The notes under the pieces were generated by a model, which saw only the letters and a list, made by a program, of their open reading frames with translations, was not told the DNA's origin and made no database searches. Source: Candidatus Nezhaarchaeales archaeon (GTDB lineage: Archaea > Thermoproteota > Methanomethylicia > Nezhaarchaeales > WYZ-LMO8). From it: 64,000 nt of DNA. Shown here one piece after another: positions 50,882-60,064 of this stretch (positions are counted from its first letter, which is position 1; each line of letters begins with the position of its first letter). The DNA is taken from the NCBI GenBank assembly GCA_038887515.1, contig JAWAKK010000002.1, positions 76,989-140,988 of the forward strand, written 5' to 3'. A program made the position numbers and the translations under genes.

Positions 50882-51736
50882 GTGAGGCTCGTAGTTGCAT
50901 TACCATCAACTGTAGTCGCTGAGGCCAATTCTCTATTAGAAAAGACCGTTAAAATAGGGTTTATGGCTCGGGCCCTCTCTATATTTAAAGTCAAGGAGTT
51001 ACTAATTTATCGTGATGTCAGTACAGAGGTGGACGAGGGAAGGCTCGTAGGAAAATTGTTTGAATACGCTATTTGCCCCCAATATCTCAGAAAGAAACTC
51101 TTCCCTTTAGACCCAGATTTAAAGTACGTCGGTATCTTACCACCCCTCAATACCCCTAACCATCCGATGGAGAAAAGTATTGAAGAGTTGCCCGATGTAA
51201 CTTACCGAGAAGGACTTGTGGTTAGTAGGAAAGGTAGGAAGTGTTTGGTAGATGTAGGGCTCGATAGGAACGTGGTCCTTTATAACGCAGGAGAATTGAA
51301 GAAAGGGGACAGAGTAGTTCTAAAGATAACTAAGAAGAATGGTACTATCGAAGCGTACAAGGTTAAGAGGGAAGATGTCCCCCAGTACTTTGGATACGAA
51401 GTTTGTATTACCGACTTTAACCTTAAAGGAGTAATATCTTCCTTTAAAGGTCGCGCGCTAATCGTAGCAACTTCAAGATATGGAAGGAACATAAATGAGG
51501 ATGCTCCTATTCTTGTAGAGAGGATGAAGGAACACCGTTATAGCGTGCTTTTACTTTTCGGCTCACCATTTAGAGGACTTTATGAGCTCGCAAAGAGGGA
51601 GGGATTTGATCTAGATAAAACGGTGGACATGGTCTTGAATTTTGTTCCAGAGCAAGGGGTTAGAACGGTTAGGGTTGAAGAGGCTTTGTACTCAACGCTC
51701 GCAATAATAAATTTCCTCTATCATTACTTTAAGTAG
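50882..51736 (+). CDS. SPOUT-family RNA methyltransferase (DUF171/C9orf114 type)
   Basis: CPQYLRK, GILPPL..P.H, FGSPFRGL, QGVRTVRVEEA; conserved upstream of rpl3; GTG 50882 preferred as start. Confidence 0.88.
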   Translation: MRLVVALPSTVVAEANSLLEKTVKIGFMARALSIFKVKELLIYRDVSTEVDEGRLVGKLFEYAICPQYLRKKLFPLDPDLKYVGILPPLNTPNHPMEKSIEELPDVTYREGLVVSRKGRKCLVDVGLDRNVVLYNAGELKKGDRVVLKITKKNGTIEAYKVKREDVPQYFGYEVCITDFNLKGVISSFKGRALIVATSRYGRNINEDAPILVERMKEHRYSVLLLFGSPFRGLYELAKREGFDLDKTVDMVLNFVPEQGVRTVRVEEALYSTLAIINFLYHYFK

Positions 51737-51849
51737 CTATGAAGGGCGAAGCAGATTCGAATACTTCAAGGAAATAAAGATTAAATAGGGGGCTGGGCAT
51801 TTTTACTCTCCAAAACGACGTTAACTTGTAAGGTTAAGAGGGATTAAGC

Positions 51850-52863
51850 GTGGGAAGAGGAGTTCACGCACCACGTCGAGGGTCTCTAGGCTTCTACCCA
51901 CGAGTAAGGGCTAGAAGGATAGTTGCTAGAATAAGGAGATGGCCAAAAGTAGAAGTAGAAAGACCTCAATTGCTAGGCTTTGCTGCGTATAAAGCCGGGA
52001 TGACTCATGCTGTCATAATTGAGGACAAGCCTACTAGCCCATTTTATGGTAGGGAAGTAGTGAAAGCTGTAACCATACTGGACGCACCACCTCTCTTCGT
52101 ATTTGGCATCAGGCTGTACTCCTCGACTACCTATGGTCTTAGAAGTATTTTTGAAGTTATATCAGATAAGTTGCCGAGGGATTTAGGAAGGAAAATACCT
52201 ATCCCTAAGAATTATAATAAGGAGGATGCCATCTCTAAGGCTCAACAATTAATAAGTAAGGCTTCGGAAGTCAGGGTTCTGGCGTGTACCCAGCCGAGAT
52301 TATCAGGACTGAAGAAGAAGACGCCGGAAATCGTTGAGATAAAGGTGGCGGCAAAGAGTGTCGAAGACTCATGGAACTATGCTCTATCGTTGCTTGAGAA
52401 AGACGTTAGGGCAACTGACGTCTTTAAGGAGGGACAGTACGTCGACGTCGTAAGTGTAACTAAGGGTAAAGGTTTCCAAGGGGTTGTAAAGAGGTATGGT
52501 GTAAAGATAATGCCCCGCTGGCATAAACATCGTAAAGGACATAGAAGGATAGGTAGCGTCGGTCCTCAGAACCCCTCCATGCCATTCACGATACCAAGAC
52601 CTGGACAACTAGGATATCATCAAAGGACAGAGTATAATAAGCGTATAATAAAGATGGGTGAAGATGGGCTATCTATTACGGTGAAGGGCGGCTTTGTAGG
52701 TTATGGTATCGTAAGGGGATCGTACATAATATTACTGGGTTCAGTACCGGGACCTAGGGGAAGGTTGGTAAAGCTAAGGTATCCCATGAGGCCTCCTAAG
52801 AGCGTACCTACATCTCCCCCGAGAATAGTAAGTATAAACATAGACTCTAAGCAAGGTGGTTGA
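51850..52863 (+). CDS. rpl3: 50S ribosomal protein L3
   Basis: HAPRRGSLGFYPR, YKAGMTH, TKGKGFQG, GYHQRTEYNKR. Confidence 0.98.
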   Translation: MGRGVHAPRRGSLGFYPRVRARRIVARIRRWPKVEVERPQLLGFAAYKAGMTHAVIIEDKPTSPFYGREVVKAVTILDAPPLFVFGIRLYSSTTYGLRSIFEVISDKLPRDLGRKIPIPKNYNKEDAISKAQQLISKASEVRVLACTQPRLSGLKKKTPEIVEIKVAAKSVEDSWNYALSLLEKDVRATDVFKEGQYVDVVSVTKGKGFQGVVKRYGVKIMPRWHKHRKGHRRIGSVGPQNPSMPFTIPRPGQLGYHQRTEYNKRIIKMGEDGLSITVKGGFVGYGIVRGSYIILLGSVPGPRGRLVKLRYPMRPPKSVPTSPPRIVSINIDSKQGG

Positions 52864-53660
52864 AGTTGCAAAGTTTAACTAAAGTCACCGCTTTATATGA
52901 CCTTGAAGGCAAGGAAGTCGGGATAATAGAAGTGCCTAAAGTTTTCAACTACGAAGTTAGATTGGACATCATAAAGCGAGCTTACTTATCAGCTTTCACA
53001 GCAAAGATACAACCTCAGGGAAGAGACCCTATGGCCGGTAAGAGGACTACAGCTGAGAGCTGGGGGGTAGGCTACGGTATCGCCAGGGTACCCCGAGTCA
53101 AAGGAGGAAGGTACCCTCGCGCAACTAGTGCAGCATTCGTGACTATGGCTGTTGGTGGTAGAAGAGCTCATGCACCAACAATAGAAAAGAAGGTTCATGA
53201 AAAGATAAATAGGAAAGAGAGGAGACTTGCCATAAAGTCTGCCATAGCGGCGACAGCAGTCAAAGAGCTCATAGAGAGGAGGAGACACGTCCTTCCGCAG
53301 AACATCTCTCTGCCAATAGTAGTAAAGAGGGAAATAGAGGACATTGAGAGTACGAAGCAAGCTAGGGAGTTCCTAATCAAATTAGGTTTATGGAGTGACG
53401 TAGAGAGAGTTCGTGACAAGATAAAGGTAAGGGCTGGTAAAGGGAAGATGAGAGGGAGGAGGTACAAAGAGGGCAAAAGCCTATTGGTCGTATTTTCCGG
53501 AAGGTGCAAGGCCGTAAGAGCTTTTAGAAATCTTCCTGGAGTTACAGTCGCTTATGTAAATAACTTATCGATCTTACACCTAGCTCCCGGAGGAGTCCCT
53601 GGACGCTTAACCTTGTGGAGCGAGGATGCGATAAAAATGTTGGCTAAATTGGAGGAGTAG
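52860..53660 (+). CDS. rpl4: 50S ribosomal protein L4
   Basis: AESWGVGYGIARVPR, GGRRAHAP, HLAPGG.PGRLT. Confidence 0.98.
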   Translation: MKLQSLTKVTALYDLEGKEVGIIEVPKVFNYEVRLDIIKRAYLSAFTAKIQPQGRDPMAGKRTTAESWGVGYGIARVPRVKGGRYPRATSAAFVTMAVGGRRAHAPTIEKKVHEKINRKERRLAIKSAIAATAVKELIERRRHVLPQNISLPIVVKREIEDIESTKQAREFLIKLGLWSDVERVRDKIKVRAGKGKMRGRRYKEGKSLLVVFSGRCKAVRAFRNLPGVTVAYVNNLSILHLAPGGVPGRLTLWSEDAIKMLAKLEE

Positions 53661-53663
53661 TTT

Positions 53664-53942
53664 ATGGGCGAGGAGACAACTATAAAATTTTACGACGTAA
53701 TCCTAAGACCTATAGTCTCGGAGAAGGCACTTTCATTAATTGAGAAAAATAATACCTTAACGTTCATAGTCGATATAAAAGTTAACAAACCCCGCATAAA
53801 AGAGGCTATAGAGAAGTTGTTCGATGTCGAAGTTGAAAAGGTTAACACCCTGATAACGTCAAAAGGGGAGAAGAAAGCATACGTAAAGTTAAAGCCGGAG
53901 CATAAGGCGTCTGATGTGGCGGTTAAGTTAGGCATACTATGA
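53664..53942 (+). CDS. rpl23: 50S ribosomal protein L23
   Basis: [31 protein letters not shown]. Confidence 0.97.
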   Translation: MGEETTIKFYDVILRPIVSEKALSLIEKNNTLTFIVDIKVNKPRIKEAIEKLFDVEVEKVNTLITSKGEKKAYVKLKPEHKASDVAVKLGIL

Positions 53943-53958
53943 TGAGGAGAGAATCAAA

Positions 53959-54678
53959 ATGGGTAAGCGGATATTAGCCCAACGTAAGGGTCGTGGAGGT
54001 TCGGTATTTAGATCGCCGAAATGGATTCATAAGGGGCCTGCCAAATATCCCAACCTTAACATGAAGGAAAAGGAGAATGTAATTGAAGGAAAAGTTGAAG
54101 CAATAATACACGATCCAGGTAGAGGGGCCCCCCTAGCATTGATTAAATTATCTGATGGAACTAGGTTTCTTAACGTAGCTGCCGAGGGTATTAGAATAGG
54201 GCAGAAGGTACAGATCGGAGATAAAGCTGAAGTAGCTCCTGGAAATATCCTGCCTTTAAGGAGCATACCCGATGGGACTAAGGTTTTCAACATAGAGTTA
54301 ACATATGGAGATGGTGGGCGCTTAGTTAGAGGTTCAGGTTGTTACGCTATAGTTTTAGGGCACTCAGCCGAAGGCGTATACGTAAGCCTTCCATCGGGGA
54401 AGACCAGGCTCGTAAGCGGTTTAGCGAGAGCGACGGTAGGCGTCGTAGCAGGTGGTGGTAGAACTGAAAAGCCATTCATAAAGGCCGGAGCTAAGTACCA
54501 CCTATCCAAAGTCAAGGCATGGAAGTACCCTGAAGTAAGAGGTAAGGCGATGGGTGCCTATGCTCACCCGCACGGCGGAGGAGCACATCCAAAGGGTGGC
54601 ACGCCAGTGAGTCATGGAACACCGCCCGGAGCAAAGGTAGGTCACATCTCTAGTAGAAGGACCGGGAAGAAAGAGTAG
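53959..54678 (+). CDS. rpl2: 50S ribosomal protein L2
   Basis: MGKRILAQRKGRG, HDPGRGAP, VRGKAM..YAHPHGGG. Confidence 0.98.
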   Translation: MGKRILAQRKGRGGSVFRSPKWIHKGPAKYPNLNMKEKENVIEGKVEAIIHDPGRGAPLALIKLSDGTRFLNVAAEGIRIGQKVQIGDKAEVAPGNILPLRSIPDGTKVFNIELTYGDGGRLVRGSGCYAIVLGHSAEGVYVSLPSGKTRLVSGLARATVGVVAGGGRTEKPFIKAGAKYHLSKVKAWKYPEVRGKAMGAYAHPHGGGAHPKGGTPVSHGTPPGAKVGHISSRRTGKKE

Positions 54679-54695
54679 AAGGGTTATCACATCAG

Positions 54696-54734
54696 CTCGT
54701 AGCATTTAACCTACGACTACGAGGAAAAATGCTA
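54696..54734. repeat. Nested inverted repeats at the rpl2/rps19 convergence, containing copy 1 of a 15-bp direct repeat
   Basis: CTCGTAG (54696-702)/CTACGAG (54717-23); TAGCATTT (54700-07)/AAATGCTA (54727-34); ACGAGGAAAAATGCT at 54719-33. Confidence 0.75.
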
Positions 54735-54780
54735 TTTTGATCATTAATTTCTAAAATTATAGTCTCGTCATAAGTTTAAT

Positions 54781-55173
54781 TTATTTTAAGGGTACGTACA
54801 TTGAACTTCTCGTGGCCCTTAGACCGGGCTCACCGTGCTCCACTTTTTTGCACGTTATAGCGAATTCTCCTAAGTAATGCCCTATCATCTCTTCAGTTAT
54901 AGTTACGGGGATGAACTCTTTGCCGTTGTAGACGTGGACCGTTACTCCGACCATCTCCGGTAATATTATCATGTCTCTGATGTGAGTCCTAACAATCGAT
55001 TTTTTGCCTGTCTTGAGCTCTCTAATTTTTTCGAGGAGCTTCTTCTTCTCGTCATTAAACCCCCTTGCGAGGGACCTCCTCTGCCTCGCTGGAAGCAACT
55101 TTATGAACTCGTCCATAGGCATCTCCAGCAATTGCTCTAAAGTGTAACCCCGATACGTAAACTTACTCGACAT
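54781..55173 (-). CDS. rps19: 30S ribosomal protein S19 (inverted within the S10-type operon)
   Basis: [46 protein letters not shown]. Confidence 0.98.
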   Translation of the reverse strand: MSSKFTYRGYTLEQLLEMPMDEFIKLLPARQRRSLARGFNDEKKKLLEKIRELKTGKKSIVRTHIRDMIILPEMVGVTVHVYNGKEFIPVTITEEMIGHYLGEFAITCKKVEHGEPGLRATRSSMYVPLK

Positions 55174-55289
55174 AGTTTTACCTCTTCCTTCCAGCTTCTT
55201 ACTTTCAGACTCCTAGCCTAGTTATAAGAATTACCCTATTTAAGCGGAAACCTAATATTAGAGAGTTTTACTCTTCAATTACTAACAGC

Positions 55290-55304
55290 ACGAGGAAGAA
55301 TGCT
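55290..55304 (+). repeat. Copy 2 of the 15-bp direct repeat, in the rpl22 leader
   Basis: ACGAGGAAGAATGCT, 14/15 identical to 54719-54733. Confidence 0.75.
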
Positions 55305-55306
55305 CT

Positions 55307-55768
55307 ATGCCAGAATTCGGCTATTCCCTTCAAAACTATGAAGCTGACAAGATGGCGAGGGCTAGCGGAAGGGATCTTAGAATAAGCTGGAAGAAGGCTG
55401 TAGAAGTTTGCCGATTCATAAGGGGCAAGAGACTCGTCCAAGCCAAAGAATTACTTGAAAAAGTTTTAAGAAAGGAAGTTATGATACCGTTTACTACTTT
55501 TAACAAGAAGCGTGCCCACCATGGTAGCATAAGTAAGTACTCATGCGGAGGCTACCCAATAAGGGTCGTAAGAGAAGTTTTGAAGATTCTTAGAAATGTG
55601 GAGGCTAATGCCGAAAACAAAGGGCTCGATGTAGAGAAGCTCATTATAGTGCACGCAGCCGCCCATAAAGGACCTATAGTTAAAAAGTATATACCGCGTG
55701 CATTTGGCAGGTCAACTCCATCCTTCCAACAATTAGTGCATATAGAGGTGGCAGCCAAAGAGGTTTAG
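55307..55768 (+). CDS. rpl22: 50S ribosomal protein L22
   Basis: LRISWKKAVEVCRFIRG, GGYP, PRAFGRSTP, HIEV. Confidence 0.97.
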   Translation: MPEFGYSLQNYEADKMARASGRDLRISWKKAVEVCRFIRGKRLVQAKELLEKVLRKEVMIPFTTFNKKRAHHGSISKYSCGGYPIRVVREVLKILRNVEANAENKGLDVEKLIIVHAAAHKGPIVKKYIPRAFGRSTPSFQQLVHIEVAAKEV

Positions 55769-55779
55769 ATCGAGGTGAA

Positions 55780-56430
55780 ATGAAGGTGCCGGATGTAGAG
55801 AAGAATTTCATATCGAAGGCACTAAAAAGACTCGATGTGGACTCTTTCTTGGAACAAGAGCTAGCGAGGGCCGGCTATGTAAAGGTTGATTTGCAAAAGA
55901 CCCCGCTAGGGACTAATGTAACGATATTCTCTGAGAAGCCAGGAATGGTTATAGGGAGACATGGTTCTACAGTTCACGAACTAACACAAAAACTGGAAAA
56001 GGTTTTTGGAATAGAAAGACCGCAAATCGTAGCGGTGCCGGTAGACGTCCCAGAGCTTAATGCTAAAATCATGGCTCAAAGGATTAAGAGCGCTCTTGAG
56101 AGGGGTATTCACTTCAGGAGGGCAGCTTACATTGCTTTGAATCAAATAATGGAGGCTGGCGCTCTAGGCGCCGAAATAAGAATTAAAGGGAAGCTTAGAA
56201 CCGAGAGAGCTAGATACGAAAAACTTCGTACAGGAATAGTTCTAAAATCAGGTCAAATATCCTTAGAAAACGCCGACGTAGCCGTTGAACATGCACTCTT
56301 AAAGCAAGGCAAGATAGGTATAAAAGTTAAGATAGTCTTGCCATCGGCGGCCAAAGCCATAGAGGCGCTAGATAAAGGCAAAGTTGTCTTGAAGGCGGAG
56401 GGTGAAGCTAGTGGCAATACTCAAAGTTAA
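55780..56430 (+). CDS. rps3: 30S ribosomal protein S3
   Basis: TPLGTNVTI...PGMVIGRHG, ERGIHFRRA, GAEIRIKGKL. Confidence 0.97.
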   Translation: MKVPDVEKNFISKALKRLDVDSFLEQELARAGYVKVDLQKTPLGTNVTIFSEKPGMVIGRHGSTVHELTQKLEKVFGIERPQIVAVPVDVPELNAKIMAQRIKSALERGIHFRRAAYIALNQIMEAGALGAEIRIKGKLRTERARYEKLRTGIVLKSGQISLENADVAVEHALLKQGKIGIKVKIVLPSAAKAIEALDKGKVVLKAEGEASGNTQS

Positions 56431-56626
56431 TGACATAAGGAGAATGACAAAGGAGGAAAGGATATCCAAGTTGAAGGAACTTAAGGCAGAGCTCATGAGA
56501 CTTAGAGCTCGCCAAGCTTCAGGAGCCCCTCTAGAGAAGCCGGGGAAGATAAGGGCTATAAGAAAAACAATAGCTAGGATTCTAACGATAATAAACGAAG
56601 AAGAAAAAAGGTCTAAGCGTGCTTGA
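56402..56626 (+). CDS. rpl29: 50S ribosomal protein L29
   Basis: IRRMTKEER..KLKELKAEL...PGKIRAIRKTIARILT. Confidence 0.95.
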   Translation: MKLVAILKVNDIRRMTKEERISKLKELKAELMRLRARQASGAPLEKPGKIRAIRKTIARILTIINEEEKRSKRA

Positions 56627-57740
56627 ACCTATCTTTAAGTTTCTCTAATATCTTTGGTAGTGTGGTGTATTCCAATTCTTCAGGTCCAACCCTAGCTGGC
56701 ATAAACTCTCCCATCCTTCTAATGTAGTCAGTTATTTGCATCGCAAAGTTCCTAGCTACATCGAAGGCTGGATCATCGAATAAATCGGCAGGCTCAGACC
56801 CCCTAAGTCCTACTAGCTCTCCATTTGACAGTTGAAATCCCAGAGCTACGACCCTTGGCGGACCGTCAAAAAATGTGCATCTAGCATGTTTTAGGCTAAC
56901 TGGCATAAGAGGACCGTAATGCGAGCCTCTCATCCAGCCTGCCACGAGATGCGGGTAAGCGAATGGCGCTAATATTTCTCCAACGGCTGGAAAGCCATGC
57001 TGAGCCCTAACTATGAGGGCTGGATCGTCCTTCCCCACGTACTTTCCAGCTATTAGGCTAAGCCTTGTCGTACTTGCTACAGCTGCGATCTCCTTGTCTA
57101 CCTTTCTAACAACTCTCTCAACGACGTATCTACCTGTTGTTCCTAATAGGGCTACTAAACTGTAAAGCTCCTCGGGGCAGCTAAGATCTACTACCTTGCC
57201 CTCCATGACGTCCATAACTCTGAATATGAAGCCTTCATGCATGCTTGGATCTATTACCAAACCTGCGGTGTTGTCAGGCGAAGCGAATATCTTATAGAGG
57301 GGGTAATTCCATGCTCCCGGCTCCGTCTTGTCTGCAGCAAATACAATTATTGGTTCGCTAGGCCTTTCAACTATCTCCATTTCGGCAACTCCAGGCCCCA
57401 TGCCTTTGACGTTACCCGAAAAAGTATCTGAAAGGAGGTCCTGGCCGGCAGCATAAAGCTTTAAAGGTTTAGAAACTCTTTCGGTAACCTCCTTAAAGGT
57501 ACTCCAAGCCAAACCATGTATTTCTGAGCTGGCTTCTCCCTTATTATGTGTCATTAACAGCTCCAAGTCATCACCACAATTGAAAACGAAGTAATCTATT
57601 ATTAGGCCGCTCTTCTTAGCTTCCTCAAGTTTCTTATTCGCTACCTCAAGCTGTTTTGGGTGAACAACGTGGTGACCACACAGAGAACCTACATCCGCCT
57701 TTATCAAGCTAATAGTTATCTTCTGCGGCAAATTTATCAC
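56613..57740 (-). CDS. fbp: Fructose-1,6-bisphosphate aldolase/phosphatase (class V FBPase)
   Basis: IKADVGS..GH, GDD, KLYAAGQDLL, GNVKGMGPG, ADKTEPGAWN, YVGKDDP, WMRGSH.GPLMP. Confidence 0.97.
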   Translation of the reverse strand: MINLPQKITISLIKADVGSLCGHHVVHPKQLEVANKKLEEAKKSGLIIDYFVFNCGDDLELLMTHNKGEASSEIHGLAWSTFKEVTERVSKPLKLYAAGQDLLSDTFSGNVKGMGPGVAEMEIVERPSEPIIVFAADKTEPGAWNYPLYKIFASPDNTAGLVIDPSMHEGFIFRVMDVMEGKVVDLSCPEELYSLVALLGTTGRYVVERVVRKVDKEIAAVASTTRLSLIAGKYVGKDDPALIVRAQHGFPAVGEILAPFAYPHLVAGWMRGSHYGPLMPVSLKHARCTFFDGPPRVVALGFQLSNGELVGLRGSEPADLFDDPAFDVARNFAMQITDYIRRMGEFMPARVGPEELEYTTLPKILEKLKDRFKHA

Positions 57741-57799
57741 CTAACATAAAGAAGGTATCGAGATGACCGTATAAACCTTTGGCGCTTTACTTAAGAACG

Positions 57800-59614
57800 T
57801 TATTGTTCCTCTTTTTCCTCTACTTCCTCCTTTTCCGGGATGTAATAGTATTCTCCTATGCTCTTCTGCTTCCTATGAAGATAGGAATCAGGCTTATTTA
57901 TTCTAACCCTTCCGCTATGTAAATCTCTTCTAAAGGTGACGTCGATCTCCTGCAGGAAGAGGTTAAAGCCACTCCTCAAATCCATGGGGCTTGACGCAAT
58001 GCCGTAAACTCCCGGTTTACCGCTGAAAACCATTATCGAATCAGCAACGGCATCCATAACTACAAGATCGTGCTCAACGACGAAAGCTGCTGCCTTCCTT
58101 TCCTCTACGATCCTTCGAATGAGCTTTGCCATGATGAGGCGTTGCTCTACATCTAAGTAGGCGGAAGGTTCGTCAAGTAAATATATGTTAGCCTCCTTGG
58201 CTAAGGTACACGCTATGCTGACTCGTTGAAGTTCGCCACCGCTTAAAGAGGAAAGCCTACGATCAAAAAGTTGTTCAAGCATAAATGGTTGGCATATCTC
58301 GCTCTTAAACCAAGGCGTGAACATTATGTCCCCCAAGTTCCTGTGCATATATTCGTAGACCATCTCCTCGCTCTCAAGAGTTATGTATTGTGGTTTATAA
58401 CTGAACTTTATGTTAATATTCTGTTGGTTCGACAATAGATCCACCAGGGCCTTTACAAAGGTCGTCTTACCGATTCCGTTAGGACCTAATATGCCAATGA
58501 CTTCCCCTTCATGTATAACTCCTTGGTTTGCGCTTAGCTCGAAGCTCTCCCCTACCTTGACCTTGAATGAGGGCCACGAAAACAAATCGGTGACGGCGTA
58601 GGATTCTCTTGGTCTAGGTCTCAACTTAAACCTCACGGGCTCGCTCCTGAACTTTATGTTCTCGCTAGGTATGTAACCGTCGAGATATACGTTTATGCCC
58701 ACTCGAACACCGTATGGTTGCGATGTAATTCCATAAGCTCCTGGCTTGCCGTACATTATGCAGACCCTGTCTGAAACGTAGTCCAGAATTGCAAGGTCGT
58801 GTTCAGCTATTATGACCGCTTTACCTTCTTGAGACAGGGATCTTATGACTCTAGATGCTTTGAGCCTCTGCATAACGTCTAGGTAACTAGCCGGTTCGTC
58901 GAATATGTAAACATCAGCATCGCGGCAACACGCAGCAACTATAGCTAGTCTCTGAAGCTCCCCACCGCTTAGTGCTGCTACTTCCCTATCAGCTACATCA
59001 ATTAGGTCGAGGTCTGTAGCTAAGTCCTTCCACATCCCCCTTTCATCAACTTTATTTAGTAACTCTTTAATGGTACCTTTGACGTATTTGGGTATTAAGT
59101 CCACGTACTGTACTTTGTGTACAACGCGAAGCTTCCCATGATACAAGTCCCGAAAATAGGGTTGCAGTTCTGTTCCAGCAAAAAAGCGTATCACATCGTC
59201 CTTTGTTGGTTGATGTTCTATAGCACCGAGGTTCGGTGTAAGTTCCCCTGACAAAATGCGAAGTATTGTAGTTTTTCCCGTCCCGTTGGGTCCTATCAAA
59301 CCTATAACTTGACGTCTTCTAGGGGAAGGAAGTCTATAAAGCCTAAACCCATTAACGCCATACTGATGAACGCATTCGCTTTCCAGTTCTTCGGGTAAAT
59401 TAACTATTGTTATGGCCGAGAAAGGGCACTTTTTAACGCAAATACCGCAGCCAACACATAGGTTCTCTCTTATTACTGGTCTATAGATGTCTTCGTCAAA
59501 CTCGATGGCCATAACTTTATTCTTCACCAATGGACAGAAACGATAGCATTCTCTACTACACTCTTTTGGCTTGCATAGATCTTTATCTATTACAGCTATT
59601 CGGGGCATAATCAT
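57800..59614 (-). CDS. rli: Ribosome-recycling ATPase ABCE1/Rli1
   Basis: N-terminal Fe-S domain (CKPKEC...CYRFCP, CVGCGICVKKCP), two ABC domains with LSGGELQR; start 59614 or 59608 after an AGGAG SD. Confidence 0.97.
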   Translation of the reverse strand: MIMPRIAVIDKDLCKPKECSRECYRFCPLVKNKVMAIEFDEDIYRPVIRENLCVGCGICVKKCPFSAITIVNLPEELESECVHQYGVNGFRLYRLPSPRRRQVIGLIGPNGTGKTTILRILSGELTPNLGAIEHQPTKDDVIRFFAGTELQPYFRDLYHGKLRVVHKVQYVDLIPKYVKGTIKELLNKVDERGMWKDLATDLDLIDVADREVAALSGGELQRLAIVAACCRDADVYIFDEPASYLDVMQRLKASRVIRSLSQEGKAVIIAEHDLAILDYVSDRVCIMYGKPGAYGITSQPYGVRVGINVYLDGYIPSENIKFRSEPVRFKLRPRPRESYAVTDLFSWPSFKVKVGESFELSANQGVIHEGEVIGILGPNGIGKTTFVKALVDLLSNQQNINIKFSYKPQYITLESEEMVYEYMHRNLGDIMFTPWFKSEICQPFMLEQLFDRRLSSLSGGELQRVSIACTLAKEANIYLLDEPSAYLDVEQRLIMAKLIRRIVEERKAAAFVVEHDLVVMDAVADSIMVFSGKPGVYGIASSPMDLRSGFNLFLQEIDVTFRRDLHSGRVRINKPDSYLHRKQKSIGEYYYIPEKEEVEEKEEQ

Positions 59615-59947
59615 ATCTCCTGCCTGACGATATATCGAACGCTGATAACTATGCATGTCGAGCCTATACTTCGATCCTAACTACTTCACCTTTTGCTCGT
59701 CCTTATTTCATTATCGGTCGCATTTTCTCAATAAACTTAGTCCTATAGTGACTTAACGGCCGGGTTATAAAGACCTTCATTCTTCCATGAATGTCCAACT
59801 GTTGTCTAATATAGTATTATCTAATAGCAGCTGTGTGGATAATGTAAATTCGCGAAGATTATGAAGATTGCCAAGAAAACAGAAATATGTTTTGTTAAAA
59901 ATTTTAGGTTAAAAATAGTTGTGTTGTATTGAGTTGAATTAATACGT

Positions 59948-60022
59948 CTACCACTCCTCTTCCCATTCCTCTTCCTCTTCCCATTCCTCTTCCTCTTCCC
60001 ATTCTTCCCATTCTTCTTCCAT
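59948..60022 (-). CDS. Putative 24-aa Glu/Trp-only microprotein MEEEWEEWEEEEEWEEEEEWEEEW
   Basis: ATG 60022 to TAG 59948 using only GAA, GAG and TGG codons; GGGGG SD-like run 7 nt upstream; TTTAAATA box at 60072-65; T-rich tracts downstream. Confidence 0.72.
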   Translation of the reverse strand: MEEEWEEWEEEEEWEEEEEWEEEW

Positions 60023-60064
60023 CTTTCTGCCCCCTGAAACGGTGTCTTAGAAGATTTATGGCTT

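Noticed and set aside
53938-53960. ATGATGA at the rpl23/rpl2 junction (also at about 37837) as a C box
   Set aside because: It is explained by stop codon plus SD sequence; no matching D box.
59948-60022. Glu/Trp peptide as a trp attenuator leader or a LysW-type carrier
   Set aside because: No trp genes lie downstream and T-rich tracts separate it from rli. LysW needs a Zn-ribbon domain and a terminal EDWGE glutamate, whereas this peptide ends in Trp.
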